A DNA stretch of 64,000 bases, from contig CBFFSA010000003.1 of NCBI GenBank assembly GCA_965644495.1, positions 434,001 through 498,000 on the forward strand, written 5' to 3'. A program made the position numbers and the translations under genes. The notes under the pieces are model-generated. The model searched no databases and had not been told where the DNA came from. It was given only the letters and a program-made list of their open reading frames with translations. Shown piece after piece: positions 53,669 to 63,462 of the stretch (position 1 is its first letter; each line of letters starts with the position of its first letter). Source of the DNA: Perkinsela sp. CCAP 1560/9. Lineage: Eukaryota > Protista > Euglenozoa: Kinetoplastea.

Positions 53669-53862
53669 AAAAATTTAGGAGCAAAATTTACAGCAAAAGA
53701 AAACCGCGCTGTTGTTAGTAAAAAGGATGAAAATGATTCAGAGAAAGAAACAAAGAAAAATATAGCTAGAAGCGTACACCGAATTCGAAATTCCACTTAA
53801 AAATAAAAACAAATGTAAACTTTTGGCTGTTTTTCTATCTCTCCCCATCGAAAATACGAACC

Positions 53863-53906
53863 GCGGTCTCGGTGCGGTCTCGGTGCGGTCTCGGTGCGGT
53901 CTCGGT
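53863..53906 (+). repeat. 11-bp tandem array CGGTGCGGTCT (~4 copies)
   Basis: Seen directly; same orientation as 51335-51397. Confidence 0.92.
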
Positions 53907-55143
53907 CGAAGTACCCGCAGTCCCTCTCTTGAAAAAGTAGAACGTTTTCCGTTTTTTTTTCATCCGAGGAGACCCCTAGACCCCCTGTGTACACTCCCAA
54001 AGTTGGGTTTTTTCCCTTAAAAAATAGTTCTTTTAGACGAAAAAAATGAAAAAAATCATCAGAAAATACTTATTTGAAGGGACAAACCAGTACCCTGTAT
54101 GACCCCCCTTTACACGCTGCATAATTTAAATGCGTTTGGTCACTAAATTCATACAATTCAGAACCTGACGCTGATAGGGACTTTGCTTAATCACCAAAAA
54201 AGCTTTTTTAATGGCCACCCGAAGCTCTTACTCATTTTCAGGCTTTAAAATTTCTTTAACTAAATTTCTTTTTGGACTGACGAGTGATTTCAAGAGTTCG
54301 CATTGAGCTATCTTGTGCGTAATTTGGGGGTTTTCGTTCGGGGGCGTGTTGGAATAAGATTCTCAGTAGATTTAACAGGGGTTTTCCGCAATAGCATGTT
54401 GATGAGATACGGTTTTATAGCAAGAAACACCTAAAAATTGAACTTTTCGCGAAATATTTCAGAATAATTCTCATTTTTCCATGTTTTCTTTTTACCCGTT
54501 ACTCATGTGGGGGGCTCCACATGTGAAAAAAATACGGGAAACATTCCACTTTTTTAATATCTGTCGAATGCCAAAGGAATTAGGTCAAAAGCTCTTACGG
54601 TGTACTCTGTGGCCTAGGGGGCTGACAATGTGGCCTGGACTGTATGCTTACTGTGCTCTCGTTTAATAGAGACCCCCTGAGACCCCCCCTTTAATAGAGA
54701 GAGAAAATAAAAGATCATGATAAGTTGAAAAATGACGAAGCATGATAAATAATCCTCCCACTCAACCTTCATCTTTTCCCCTCCTGAAAATGGTTATCTT
54801 TATCTCTATCTCTGGACACCTATTGCTCCCAAAAATTGACACAGTGACAAGAACGTTATAAAACTAATTTGTATCTTAAATATTATACCTGTAAAATCTA
54901 AAGAGGCGGGTGACAGTAATGCACACATCATATGCGTCAGGGGGAAAGGGAGAAAGCGACTCCCGTCAAACAATAAAGATGCTGCTTCACATGCAAGGCT
55001 ATGGCTTGCATGTTAGCATTTTTTTATTCCAGACCCTTTTCACCCCTCCCATTTTATTATGAACAAAAGCCGAAAAAGTGTCCATAATAAGGGGCGTCAC
55101 AGTATTACAACTTTTAGTAAATAACTTTTAAACACCTTCCAAT

Positions 55144-55220
55144 CATGATGATAAAGATGATATTTCCCTGCTTATTTGACGCAAGCATGACATTCGCTAC
55201 ATAATAAAATATCTGAGAAT
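55144..55220 (+). repeat. ~75-bp dispersed direct repeat, copy 2
   Basis: Matches 51172-51246. Confidence 0.85.
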
Positions 55221-55379
55221 CCCAGAAACTAAACACTAAAAACATCACCTTGAAGGTCACACGACTTGTTCTACACTGTAGTGCGCTACTTATCCTAGTA
55301 CGTTACTTATCTTCAAACTGCCTGTTTTGGAGGCGGAATGCGGGATATCTATTGTACATATCTATTGTACAAACATATA

Positions 55380-56230
55380 TAAACCCCTCGACACGATAAG
55401 GCCCCCCCTCTAAAGTCAGTATGGTAAGTCCGTTTGAGTAAATTCTTGTGGCATTTTGCAGATCTCAGTAAATAGACTTTGTGCACCTCGTAAACTTATC
55501 CCGGGGTGAATAAGGTAGAATATGAATTGGCGATTACCATTTTTTTGCCTTTCTACTTCTATGCTTTACCTGTATAGTCCAGGTCACGATAATCTAATCA
55601 GGCCACAGAGAGTAGCGTAATAGCTTTTCATCTAATTCCTTCGACATTCGACAGAAAGGGAATAAATAAGCCATTTCGCGTATTTGTTTCATCTGTATAG
55701 TCCCCTAGCCCCCCAGTACCTCCTAGATCATGATTTTCCCTTTGAAAAATAGATCCTTTTGGCAGAAAAAAATTAAGAAACTCACCCGTTGTACTCATTA
55801 GAAAAGGTTAACCAGGGGGAAAACCGCCCGATTTTGCTTAATCTTCCTGCAATGTATCTAGCGCTGCAGTCTCCATCAATATCTTTAGTAGAAATGATTT
55901 GTTCACATTTTTTGTTCGGCCTATTTTTTTTTCTGTGCTAATATGTCGATTAGGTGTCTTTTTGCTTTCGGATATCTTTGCATGCATTTCACAGAAATAT
56001 TAAGGTTTCGTGCCAGTTACTTCGGGACACTGTCCTCGAAAATTTGGTACAATAGTATTTTCCCTAGGGTGTCAATAAATTTTTGAAACTATTTTTTTCA
56101 AAGTTTCAAAATAGTCTAAAGACCCCGGGGACGCACAGATCTCAATTCTGAACGAAAAAGTGGTGCTGCAACCCCCATGGGTCCCCGCGCGCGAAAAACA
56201 AGGGGGGGTGCCTTATTCTTGAGTGGTTTA
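55380..56230. mobile_element. Second, older TAAACC-ended MITE-like element (~850 bp)
   Basis: Left TAAACCCCTCGACACGATAAGGCCCCCCCT versus reverse complement of right end TAAACCACTCAAGAATAAGGCACCCCCCCT (degenerate TIR). Confidence 0.55.
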
Positions 56231-56468
56231 GTTGTATATTTAAATTTAACATAGACATTTAACAATTTAATAAATTGTTAAATGCAGTATATAAAATATA
56301 AATGTTGTATAATGTACGTATAACATGGGAATGAACCAAATGGGTTTGATTTAACTTCGTGAATACCTGATTGATGCGTGAATGGCCAAAAGTTCCGCTT
56401 CTAACATTACCATTTTTTTGTATATTTTAAAATGCAGGCATTTTCTAAAAATCGTTTTAGTGCTATCT

Positions 56469-57638
56469 ATGATTGTTGACGGTTCGACACCGACACCAGA
56501 CGCAGAGGGAGTTATCCATCAGTTTGAGGATTTTCAACTTCGTAGCGATCTCTTAAAGGGCCTCTTTGCCTACGGATATGCAAAGCCAAGCCTTATCCAA
56601 CAGCGTACGCTACTCTCCGTCGCACAAGGCCGCGACGTTCTGGCTCAAGCACAGTCGGGTACGGGCAAGACCTCCATGTTTGTTCTTGGCATTCTGCAAC
56701 GTCTCGACACGAATCTTAGGGAAACCCAGGCACTTGTTTTGAATCCAACTCGAGAGCTTGCCCTTCAGACACGTACGCTTTGCCTAGCGCTGGGAGACTT
56801 CATGGCAGTGACGGCCCATGCGGTGATTGGGGGTAAGAGTATGACAGAGGACATGATGCGTCTGGAGAGTGGGGTACAAGTTGTGAGTGGAACTCCCGGG
56901 AGAGTTTTTGACATGCTAAAGAGGAAATGTCTTCGCGTGCGGAATATCAGACTTTTTGTTCTTGATGAGGCAGATGAGATGTTGGATAGGGGATTTAAGG
57001 AACAAGTCTATGCATGTTACTCTTATTTACCACAAATAGTTCAAATTGTGTTTGTTTCGGCTACACTTACGCAAGCCACATTAGAGTTGGTTGAAAAGGT
57101 AATGACTGATCCTGTTAGGGTTCTGGTAAAGCGAGATGAGCTGGCACTTGAGGAGATTAAGCAATATTTTGTTCCGATCGAACGCCAGGAATGGAAGTAC
57201 GACACTCTGAAAGATTTGTATGAATCTCTGCACACATCTCACTCCGTAATTTTTCTGAATACTCGAGAACGTGTGACCTGGTTGGGAATGAAGCTTCAAC
57301 GTGACCACTTTAGTGTTTCTATGATTCATGGTGAAATGCCCCAGGCTGAGAGAGATCGTATTATACAAGATTTTCGAAACGGTGTTACTCGAGTTTTACT
57401 TACCACAGATGTCCTTGCCAGAGGTATTGATGTGCAACAGGTTACTCTCGTGGTCAATTTTGACCTACCAAAGAATCGCGAGACATACTTGCATCGCATT
57501 GGTAGGACAGGTCGATTCGCCAGAAAAGGAATAGCAATAAATTTCGTTTGCGGTAACGAAGAATCACAGCTCTTAAGAGATATTGAACAATTCTATGGTA
57601 CGCAGATTGAGGAAATGCCGATGGTCACTGAAGATTGA
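56469..57638 (+). CDS. EIF4A3: DEAD-box helicase eIF4AIII (DDX48/Fal1)
   Basis: '[10 protein letters not shown]', 'PTRELA', '[12 protein letters not shown]', 'LDEADEML', '[11 protein letters not shown]', 'HRIGRTGRF'; in-frame upstream ATG at 56382 also possible. Confidence 0.9.
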   Translation: MIVDGSTPTPDAEGVIHQFEDFQLRSDLLKGLFAYGYAKPSLIQQRTLLSVAQGRDVLAQAQSGTGKTSMFVLGILQRLDTNLRETQALVLNPTRELALQTRTLCLALGDFMAVTAHAVIGGKSMTEDMMRLESGVQVVSGTPGRVFDMLKRKCLRVRNIRLFVLDEADEMLDRGFKEQVYACYSYLPQIVQIVFVSATLTQATLELVEKVMTDPVRVLVKRDELALEEIKQYFVPIERQEWKYDTLKDLYESLHTSHSVIFLNTRERVTWLGMKLQRDHFSVSMIHGEMPQAERDRIIQDFRNGVTRVLLTTDVLARGIDVQQVTLVVNFDLPKNRETYLHRIGRTGRFARKGIAINFVCGNEESQLLRDIEQFYGTQIEEMPMVTED

Positions 57639-58085
57639 GCAACCACTAGTTTTAGCACTGCGGCACCGAATGCACAAGTAGTGCCTTTGCTCTTGGATTC
57701 TGTGACACATATTGATACATTGGAATATTAGACACATTGTGTCCACGATTTCTAAAGGCAATTCAAGACATATTATTTACGAGTTACATATTATTTACGA
57801 TTCACTAATCTTTTTCTTACTAGCTCAGTTCTCACGTGTCATAAAGAAAACAGATATAATGAGTCCGTCAAAGCTGCTCTCAGAAAGAGGAATGGATGAG
57901 AGAAAGCGGATTCTGACAAACCCATTCAATGAAAGATTCCACAAAGTATAATTTCCCTTTTGAAAGACGTGTGATTTTACACTTCAAAAAGTTGAGTGAA
58001 CGAAAAATAATTTCTTTTGTTATTCTTATACCACTACCTGCACGAATGTAGCAATCCTTAGACCTGTGGTGTGACCTGCATTCCG

Positions 58086-58367
58086 ATGGTTTCAGACGCC
58101 GTATTCGGTATTGTCCTTTATTACGGTTCCATCGCGTTCTACGTCTACTATCTGCTGTGGGTCATCATCACACCTTTTATCAATTTGACTCATCCTTGGA
58201 TGGATTACTTTCCACCAATGGAATATAGCTACCTCCCTCACGCTTTTTTGGTGTCTTTTTTAGTGTTGTTGACTACAACGGTAGCTGTTCTTGCGAATAT
58301 GAGGGAGTGTATTGATATCCATTACGCGGCACGCATACCTACGAGAGTTTCCAAGCTAGCGGTGTAA
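58086..58367 (+). CDS. DPM2: Dolichol-phosphate mannose synthase regulatory subunit DPM2
   Basis: 'D..FG...YYLLWVIITPFI...HP...YFPP.EY' matches DPM2; two TM segments. Confidence 0.8.
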   Translation: MVSDAVFGIVLYYGSIAFYVYYLLWVIITPFINLTHPWMDYFPPMEYSYLPHAFLVSFLVLLTTTVAVLANMRECIDIHYAARIPTRVSKLAV

Positions 58368-59006
58368 GCAATGGGTTCAGCGGAACAAAGAAGTGCCTTC
58401 GAATCTTAGCACGATATTCAAGGACTTATCACAACGATGATCGTTGAAATCTTCTTTGTAAGTGCAGTTATTTGTAGCGAATAGAGAAAATCATCAACAT
58501 GATTATTTCTAGATATTTAAACCAACCATTGACTTTTCGATCATGATAAACATGATATTCGTATGAGTTACTTTCGGTAGTTTAGCATTTTTCTTTTGGA
58601 TAAAAACTGTTTAAGTCTCAAAGCTTAAACATTTTCTATGCTGTAGTTGCTTCAAAAAAGTATGCTGCCGTTCTATGATTATGGTAAAGTAGTCGTTAAT
58701 TGTTTTTCATCGACCAACGCCTCTACGACACATAAAACATCTAACCACACACCAACGGGTCAGAGGCTCTGTCGATGTGCGATGACTGCCGGGGCCTAGC
58801 ACACCCATCTGCCCGAGCTTTCTTTTTATATTATTATTGTTACGATTAAAATAACAATCTTCTTTCAGTGCAAGGTATGCATGCTGTGTCTAATCGCTAC
58901 TCTTCGTTGAGTTAGTTTTTGAAGCATTTTGATTTGTACTTGCCCGTGATTTTCAATCTTTATTGCTTTTTAGTCACTTTTTCAACTCGCATTTCTTTAT
59001 TCCTTG

Positions 59007-59360
59007 ATGCCCCTGAATTTGGTTCGATTTCTTATGAAATTGACAAATGAAGTGGTGACGTTACATTTGAAGGATGGCAGCGCAGTGAACGGTACAGTGA
59101 CTGGAGTTGACAATGCGATGAACACTCATCTAAAAAATGTGAAAGTCAGCAGCAAGGAAAAACCCCGCTCGGAGCTTGATTGCCTTACAGTAAGGGGAAA
59201 CAACATCAGATTTTATCAATTAAGCGACAGTGTAAACTTGGACGCGTTGCTTGCAGACTTGTCAACACCTCGTGTTGCAAGCAAGATGCCAGAAAAGGGT
59301 AAAAAGAGGCCAGGAGAGAGTACTTCGAGTACTAGAAAAAAGGTGCGCGTGCAGCAATAG
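59007..59360 (+). CDS. SmD1: Sm core protein D1
   Basis: 'LVRFLMKLTNEVVTLHLKDGSAVNGTVTGVD.AMNTHLK', 'LTVRGNNIRFY.L.DS.NLD.LL'. Confidence 0.95.
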   Translation: MPLNLVRFLMKLTNEVVTLHLKDGSAVNGTVTGVDNAMNTHLKNVKVSSKEKPRSELDCLTVRGNNIRFYQLSDSVNLDALLADLSTPRVASKMPEKGKKRPGESTSSTRKKVRVQQ

Positions 59361-59731
59361 ACATTTTGAATGAGATGTAACATCTTTATTGTATGGCTTT
59401 CATGAACACGAATACGTACTACGGACACATAGGATATGTTGACGACCTACAATCTGTATGTATCTGTGGGAATGCGTGCTTGAAAATGTGATCGTTGTCA
59501 ATGTATGAGTGCGGAAAAACTGGTTTTTGTGTACGCGTATATTTTTCATGAATACATATTACTTAAGTGTACATTACAAGAAAAAATGTAGTAGTAGAGG
59601 AAACGTGATAAAAGGATACATTCTGTAACATTTTTAGCATGGTAGAACTTTAATTTAGAGTTTAATAATCAACTGATGATCCACTAAATCGTCTGATAAG
59701 GTAAAATGGAGTCTTCAATGGGCAGCGCAGT

Positions 59732-60106
59732 ATGACGGCCTCATACAGTGGAGCAGGACATTGTAAACGCAATGGAAACGTTCCTTCGAATCAGTTTTAT
59801 TCTGTTTCAACCATTGAAAATGAAGTAAAAGTGCTACGAACAGTCCTAAAATCTTACCGGATTGGCATGCGACACTGTATCTGGTATAGTAAATCTTGCG
59901 TGTTGTCACGTAGACTTTGTCAGGAAATCCTTAAAACAGGGAAAGCAAGGGGGAACCATCTTATTTCCTTGCGAAGACATTGTCTTCTAGTGGTCCGCAC
60001 ACTTTTACGGGAAGCACGATGTGCTACACGCACCATGCCTCTTTGCCTTGTGCTGATGGGACTCTTTTCACAGATTTACACAATGTTAGAGTCAAGAGCA
60101 CCCTAG
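59732..60106 (+). CDS. Small hypothetical protein, possibly Rmp1/NEPRO-like (RNase MRP subunit) N-domain
   Basis: 'ENEVKVLRTVL....MRH..WY.....LSRRL' and 'PLCLVLMGLFSQI' loosely resemble Rmp1; fills an otherwise long gap on the coding strand. Confidence 0.35.
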   Translation: MTASYSGAGHCKRNGNVPSNQFYSVSTIENEVKVLRTVLKSYRIGMRHCIWYSKSCVLSRRLCQEILKTGKARGNHLISLRRHCLLVVRTLLREARCATRTMPLCLVLMGLFSQIYTMLESRAP

Positions 60107-60499
60107 AAATTGTGAGCTACACGCTCAAGTACTCTCTGATGTACTGAGTACTGCATATAGTAAAGACTATGAATATAGAAACCCGGAAGCATCCGAAGAA
60201 ATATACCTTATTACTGCATATTTCGAAGAGCCTTCCCCGGCAAGCCTGAACACAGAAAATAAGAATAAAAAAAATACCCATGGATGCGTCTGGCATCTCA
60301 GAGCTGTCTAAGAAATTTCTCATCCAGTATTCCAGAGAAGGCCTTTATTGAAACGTTTCGGGGTATTTATGAAACCGTTTCGGAATGTTTGTATGCAACG
60401 ATTATAAAGAATGAGTAGTATGTCAGCAAGACATCGATAGCCGTACAACGCACGTCTATTTTTACCCTTATTCTTGATTCTTCTAATCTATTTTCTGAT

Positions 60500-62290
60500 A
60501 TGTTTAGCAACCTCAACGACCCGAGGCGTTCTACTTGGCGCAACTCGGAGGACCAGCTTCTTACGGCGTTTGTTATGAAGTACGGCACTAACGACTGGTC
60601 TCGCATCTCCTCCGTGCTGCGCTATAAAACCCCGAAACAGTGTCGGGCTCGGTGGTCAGAATATTTAGATCCACGGCTTAAGAAACACAATTGGACTTCC
60701 GAGGAGGACATTCAGTTGATTGAAAATATTAGACGGTTTCCACAGCAGTGGAGAACGATTGGCCAGTCCATGGGACGCAGTGCTCAACAGTGTCTCTCCC
60801 GTTATGAAGAATTGCTACAAAACGAGTGGACCTCAGAGAAAGGGGAAAATCCAGATGTGGATTCTCCTTCGCTTTTTCGAGCTGAGGCGTCATATCCACA
60901 CACGCAGCCGCCAATACCGGACGCCATAGATTTGGATGCGGACGAAGAAGCGATGCTTGCAGAGGGACGAGCACGACTTGCGAACGTCCAAAGTCGGAAG
61001 GATAAGCGCAAACATAAGGAGTCGATAATCGCGCAAGCCCGGGGTCTTAGCAAACTACAGCGGGAGAGAGAATTACGGCAGGCAGGGTTAATTGCGAAGG
61101 ATGAGACAACAGAGGCGGAGCGCCGTGTGCTACGGAAAAGAATTTTGAATTCAGAAGGTGCCCCCATGTTAGTAGAAGGCGAAACTGCTGCGACGTATGA
61201 AGAACAGGTAGAAAAGCAAATATTGCGCGACTCTGTTTTGTCTCGCGCAGCATTTTCGGATTCTCATGATAGCTTAAATCCAGTGATTGACAACACGACG
61301 CCTGTGTTAGACATTCGCATTTTAGAAGGTGAAAAGACCAAGTCTCTACGTAAGGACTCGCAACAGCAAGCTACGTCGCATGGTAGCCATCGCCCCGAAA
61401 CCCCCACAGTCTCCTCCGATAGTGAGAAAGTGATAAAAGACGAGAGAAATACGACACATCCATTTCCTGTTGTTCCTCGCTTTGAATTCGATGACGCCGA
61501 GGAGGAGTCCCTCGATAAAAACCAACAGAAAAATAACTTTATGTCGGAAACATTTTCAAAACGTGTAACTGATAGTGTTGCGCTTCGTAATATAGATGGA
61601 TCGAGCCTTATTCCGACCTTTCTAAAAGATCTAGAGATGGTAATTCCCATAGTGCCAGTCTCTGGTGCTCAGCCATTTCCTGAGAATATGACGGATTTAA
61701 CGAGAGGGCCGTCCCAGCGCCAAGACCAATATGTGGGTGAGGAAGATGTTCGGCAGATTAAAAAAAGTGAGAAATCAGCGGACGATAAAACATTTTCTTC
61801 ACACGAAAACAAGCACACTAAAAACCTTTCTCCTACTGAACTTGTCCACAATGAACTTTTGCAGCCCACATGTATCACCGCTGCACAGCGTGAAAGAAGT
61901 TTCAAGCTAATTGAATACGAAAATATGAAATTTGCTGAGACCAAAAATCGGTTTGAAAACATGGATGAACAAAGAAATTCATTGAGTATTTCAGATGTTA
62001 CTACTGCTTTGCAAAGGCATAATAGTAAATTGAGAGCAAACATCTGTACCCCCGATCAACAGTCTTCCGTCCGGGATAAAAATAGTGCATTGCAATTTAA
62101 TTATCTCGAAAAACGTCTTAAGGATACTATTAAAGAGTACAAGGATCTCCGAATGCAAGCGGTCGTTTTTGAGCACATGAGGGAAACAGAATCTAATGCG
62201 GCAAAGCATCGAATTCAAGTAGCTACAAAAGAGCTTGCTCACGCATCCGACTATGAGAAGAACTTGCGAAACCAATTTGGTAGAGTGTAA
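60500..62290 (+). CDS. CDC5: Pre-mRNA splicing factor CDC5/Cef1 (Myb repeats)
   Basis: 'WRNSEDQLL.AFVMKYG.NDWSRISS', 'KQCRARW.EYLDP', 'QWRTI', 'P.PDAIDLDADEEAMLAEGRARLAN'. Confidence 0.95.
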   Translation: MFSNLNDPRRSTWRNSEDQLLTAFVMKYGTNDWSRISSVLRYKTPKQCRARWSEYLDPRLKKHNWTSEEDIQLIENIRRFPQQWRTIGQSMGRSAQQCLSRYEELLQNEWTSEKGENPDVDSPSLFRAEASYPHTQPPIPDAIDLDADEEAMLAEGRARLANVQSRKDKRKHKESIIAQARGLSKLQRERELRQAGLIAKDETTEAERRVLRKRILNSEGAPMLVEGETAATYEEQVEKQILRDSVLSRAAFSDSHDSLNPVIDNTTPVLDIRILEGEKTKSLRKDSQQQATSHGSHRPETPTVSSDSEKVIKDERNTTHPFPVVPRFEFDDAEEESLDKNQQKNNFMSETFSKRVTDSVALRNIDGSSLIPTFLKDLEMVIPIVPVSGAQPFPENMTDLTRGPSQRQDQYVGEEDVRQIKKSEKSADDKTFSSHENKHTKNLSPTELVHNELLQPTCITAAQRERSFKLIEYENMKFAETKNRFENMDEQRNSLSISDVTTALQRHNSKLRANICTPDQQSSVRDKNSALQFNYLEKRLKDTIKEYKDLRMQAVVFEHMRETESNAAKHRIQVATKELAHASDYEKNLRNQFGRV

Positions 62291-62505
62291 TTTAGTCCTG
62301 TATATCGAGTGGCATAAATGAATACGTAGCAAAAAATGATGATTCAGACACTAAATTACGTGGCCGCATACCATTTTTAAAGAAAACTGGAATCGAATTT
62401 TAGCTTAAAAAATAGAATAGCACTAGCGGCTTTAGAATAGCATTATTTTACGTACTAACATAAGTATGTTGCATTGCTATTATAGACTGATTTTCTGCTA
62501 CTCAC

Positions 62506-63069
62506 ATGACAGACCTTACAACTGAAAATCAGGGCACTGGGGACTCAGAGAATCCCACTGATACGATGGCATCCGTTGTTCTTTCCGCGCCATCTCATTT
62601 TGTTTTTGATGAAGATGAAGAACCAGTGGATTTATCAAACTTTTTCGTAAAATTTTACGTGGGGCATCGCGGACGATACGGCCATGAGTTTCTTCAATTC
62701 ACTGTGGCTAATACGGGATTGTTGCACTATGTGAATCAGAGTGAATATAAGAAAGATGGGTTGATTCAAAAAGATGTTGTATGCGGGGGTTTGATACTGT
62801 ACCAGATTCGTAAGATCATATGCGATAGCAAACTTTTAGAGTACAACGACAAGAAGTGGCCGAAGGCTGGCCGTACGGGAAGACAACATTTGGAAATTCG
62901 ACTCGGTACGCAAACTGCGTCGTACACCACAGAAAAACTTGGTACTTTGTCTGAGGTAGAATGCTGTACAGACGCGGAAGGCTTGAAAATATTTTATTAT
63001 TTATCCCAAGACCTCAAGGCGTTAATCTTTGCCTTGATTAGCACACACTTTCGTATCAAACCAATTTAG
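62506..63069 (+). CDS. MAGO: Mago nashi (EJC core)
   Basis: 'YVGHRGRYGHEFL', 'YVNQSEYKKD', 'WP...R.GRQHLEI', 'EGLKIFYYL.QDLKALIFALI..HFRIKPI'. Confidence 0.96.
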   Translation: MTDLTTENQGTGDSENPTDTMASVVLSAPSHFVFDEDEEPVDLSNFFVKFYVGHRGRYGHEFLQFTVANTGLLHYVNQSEYKKDGLIQKDVVCGGLILYQIRKIICDSKLLEYNDKKWPKAGRTGRQHLEIRLGTQTASYTTEKLGTLSEVECCTDAEGLKIFYYLSQDLKALIFALISTHFRIKPI

Positions 63070-63462
63070 AATCTTTGAAGAATTCTATTGTATTTTATAT
63101 ATTATATTTTAAGTGATACGTACTACGCTGTAGAAATACCGCGCGTCAATAAAGCAAACACTCCGATCATTTTATGCGGACGAAACAATATCAGTGATTT
63201 CTTTAGATTTATCAATGTACTCGTACGTTGTATGTGGAACTATATGGCTATTTACATTCTACGTTTTACATTCCACCGATGTTCACGCAATTAATAATAC
63301 AAGTGTTTTAATTCATTTTTCTATAAAAATATTCTCCATTGTTTTTCACAACTATTTTTCTAGTACAGGACAGCAAGGCATAAAAAATGCGCATGGATCG
63401 AGAAACGTACGCCGGAGAAAACTACGTCGTTATAGAATTCATCCGCTGAAAAAGGCAAAACA

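Larger units (their letters stand above)
51246..54644 (-). mobile_element. ~3.4 kb two-ORF DNA transposon, PIF/Harbinger (IS5/PHIS)-like, with terminal inverted repeats
   Basis: Ends (a)TACAGTCCAG...CTGGACTGTA(t); inner 54-bp inverted repeat 51257-51310 / 54559-54612 with 3 mismatches; encloses a DDE transposase and a second ORF. Confidence 0.78.
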
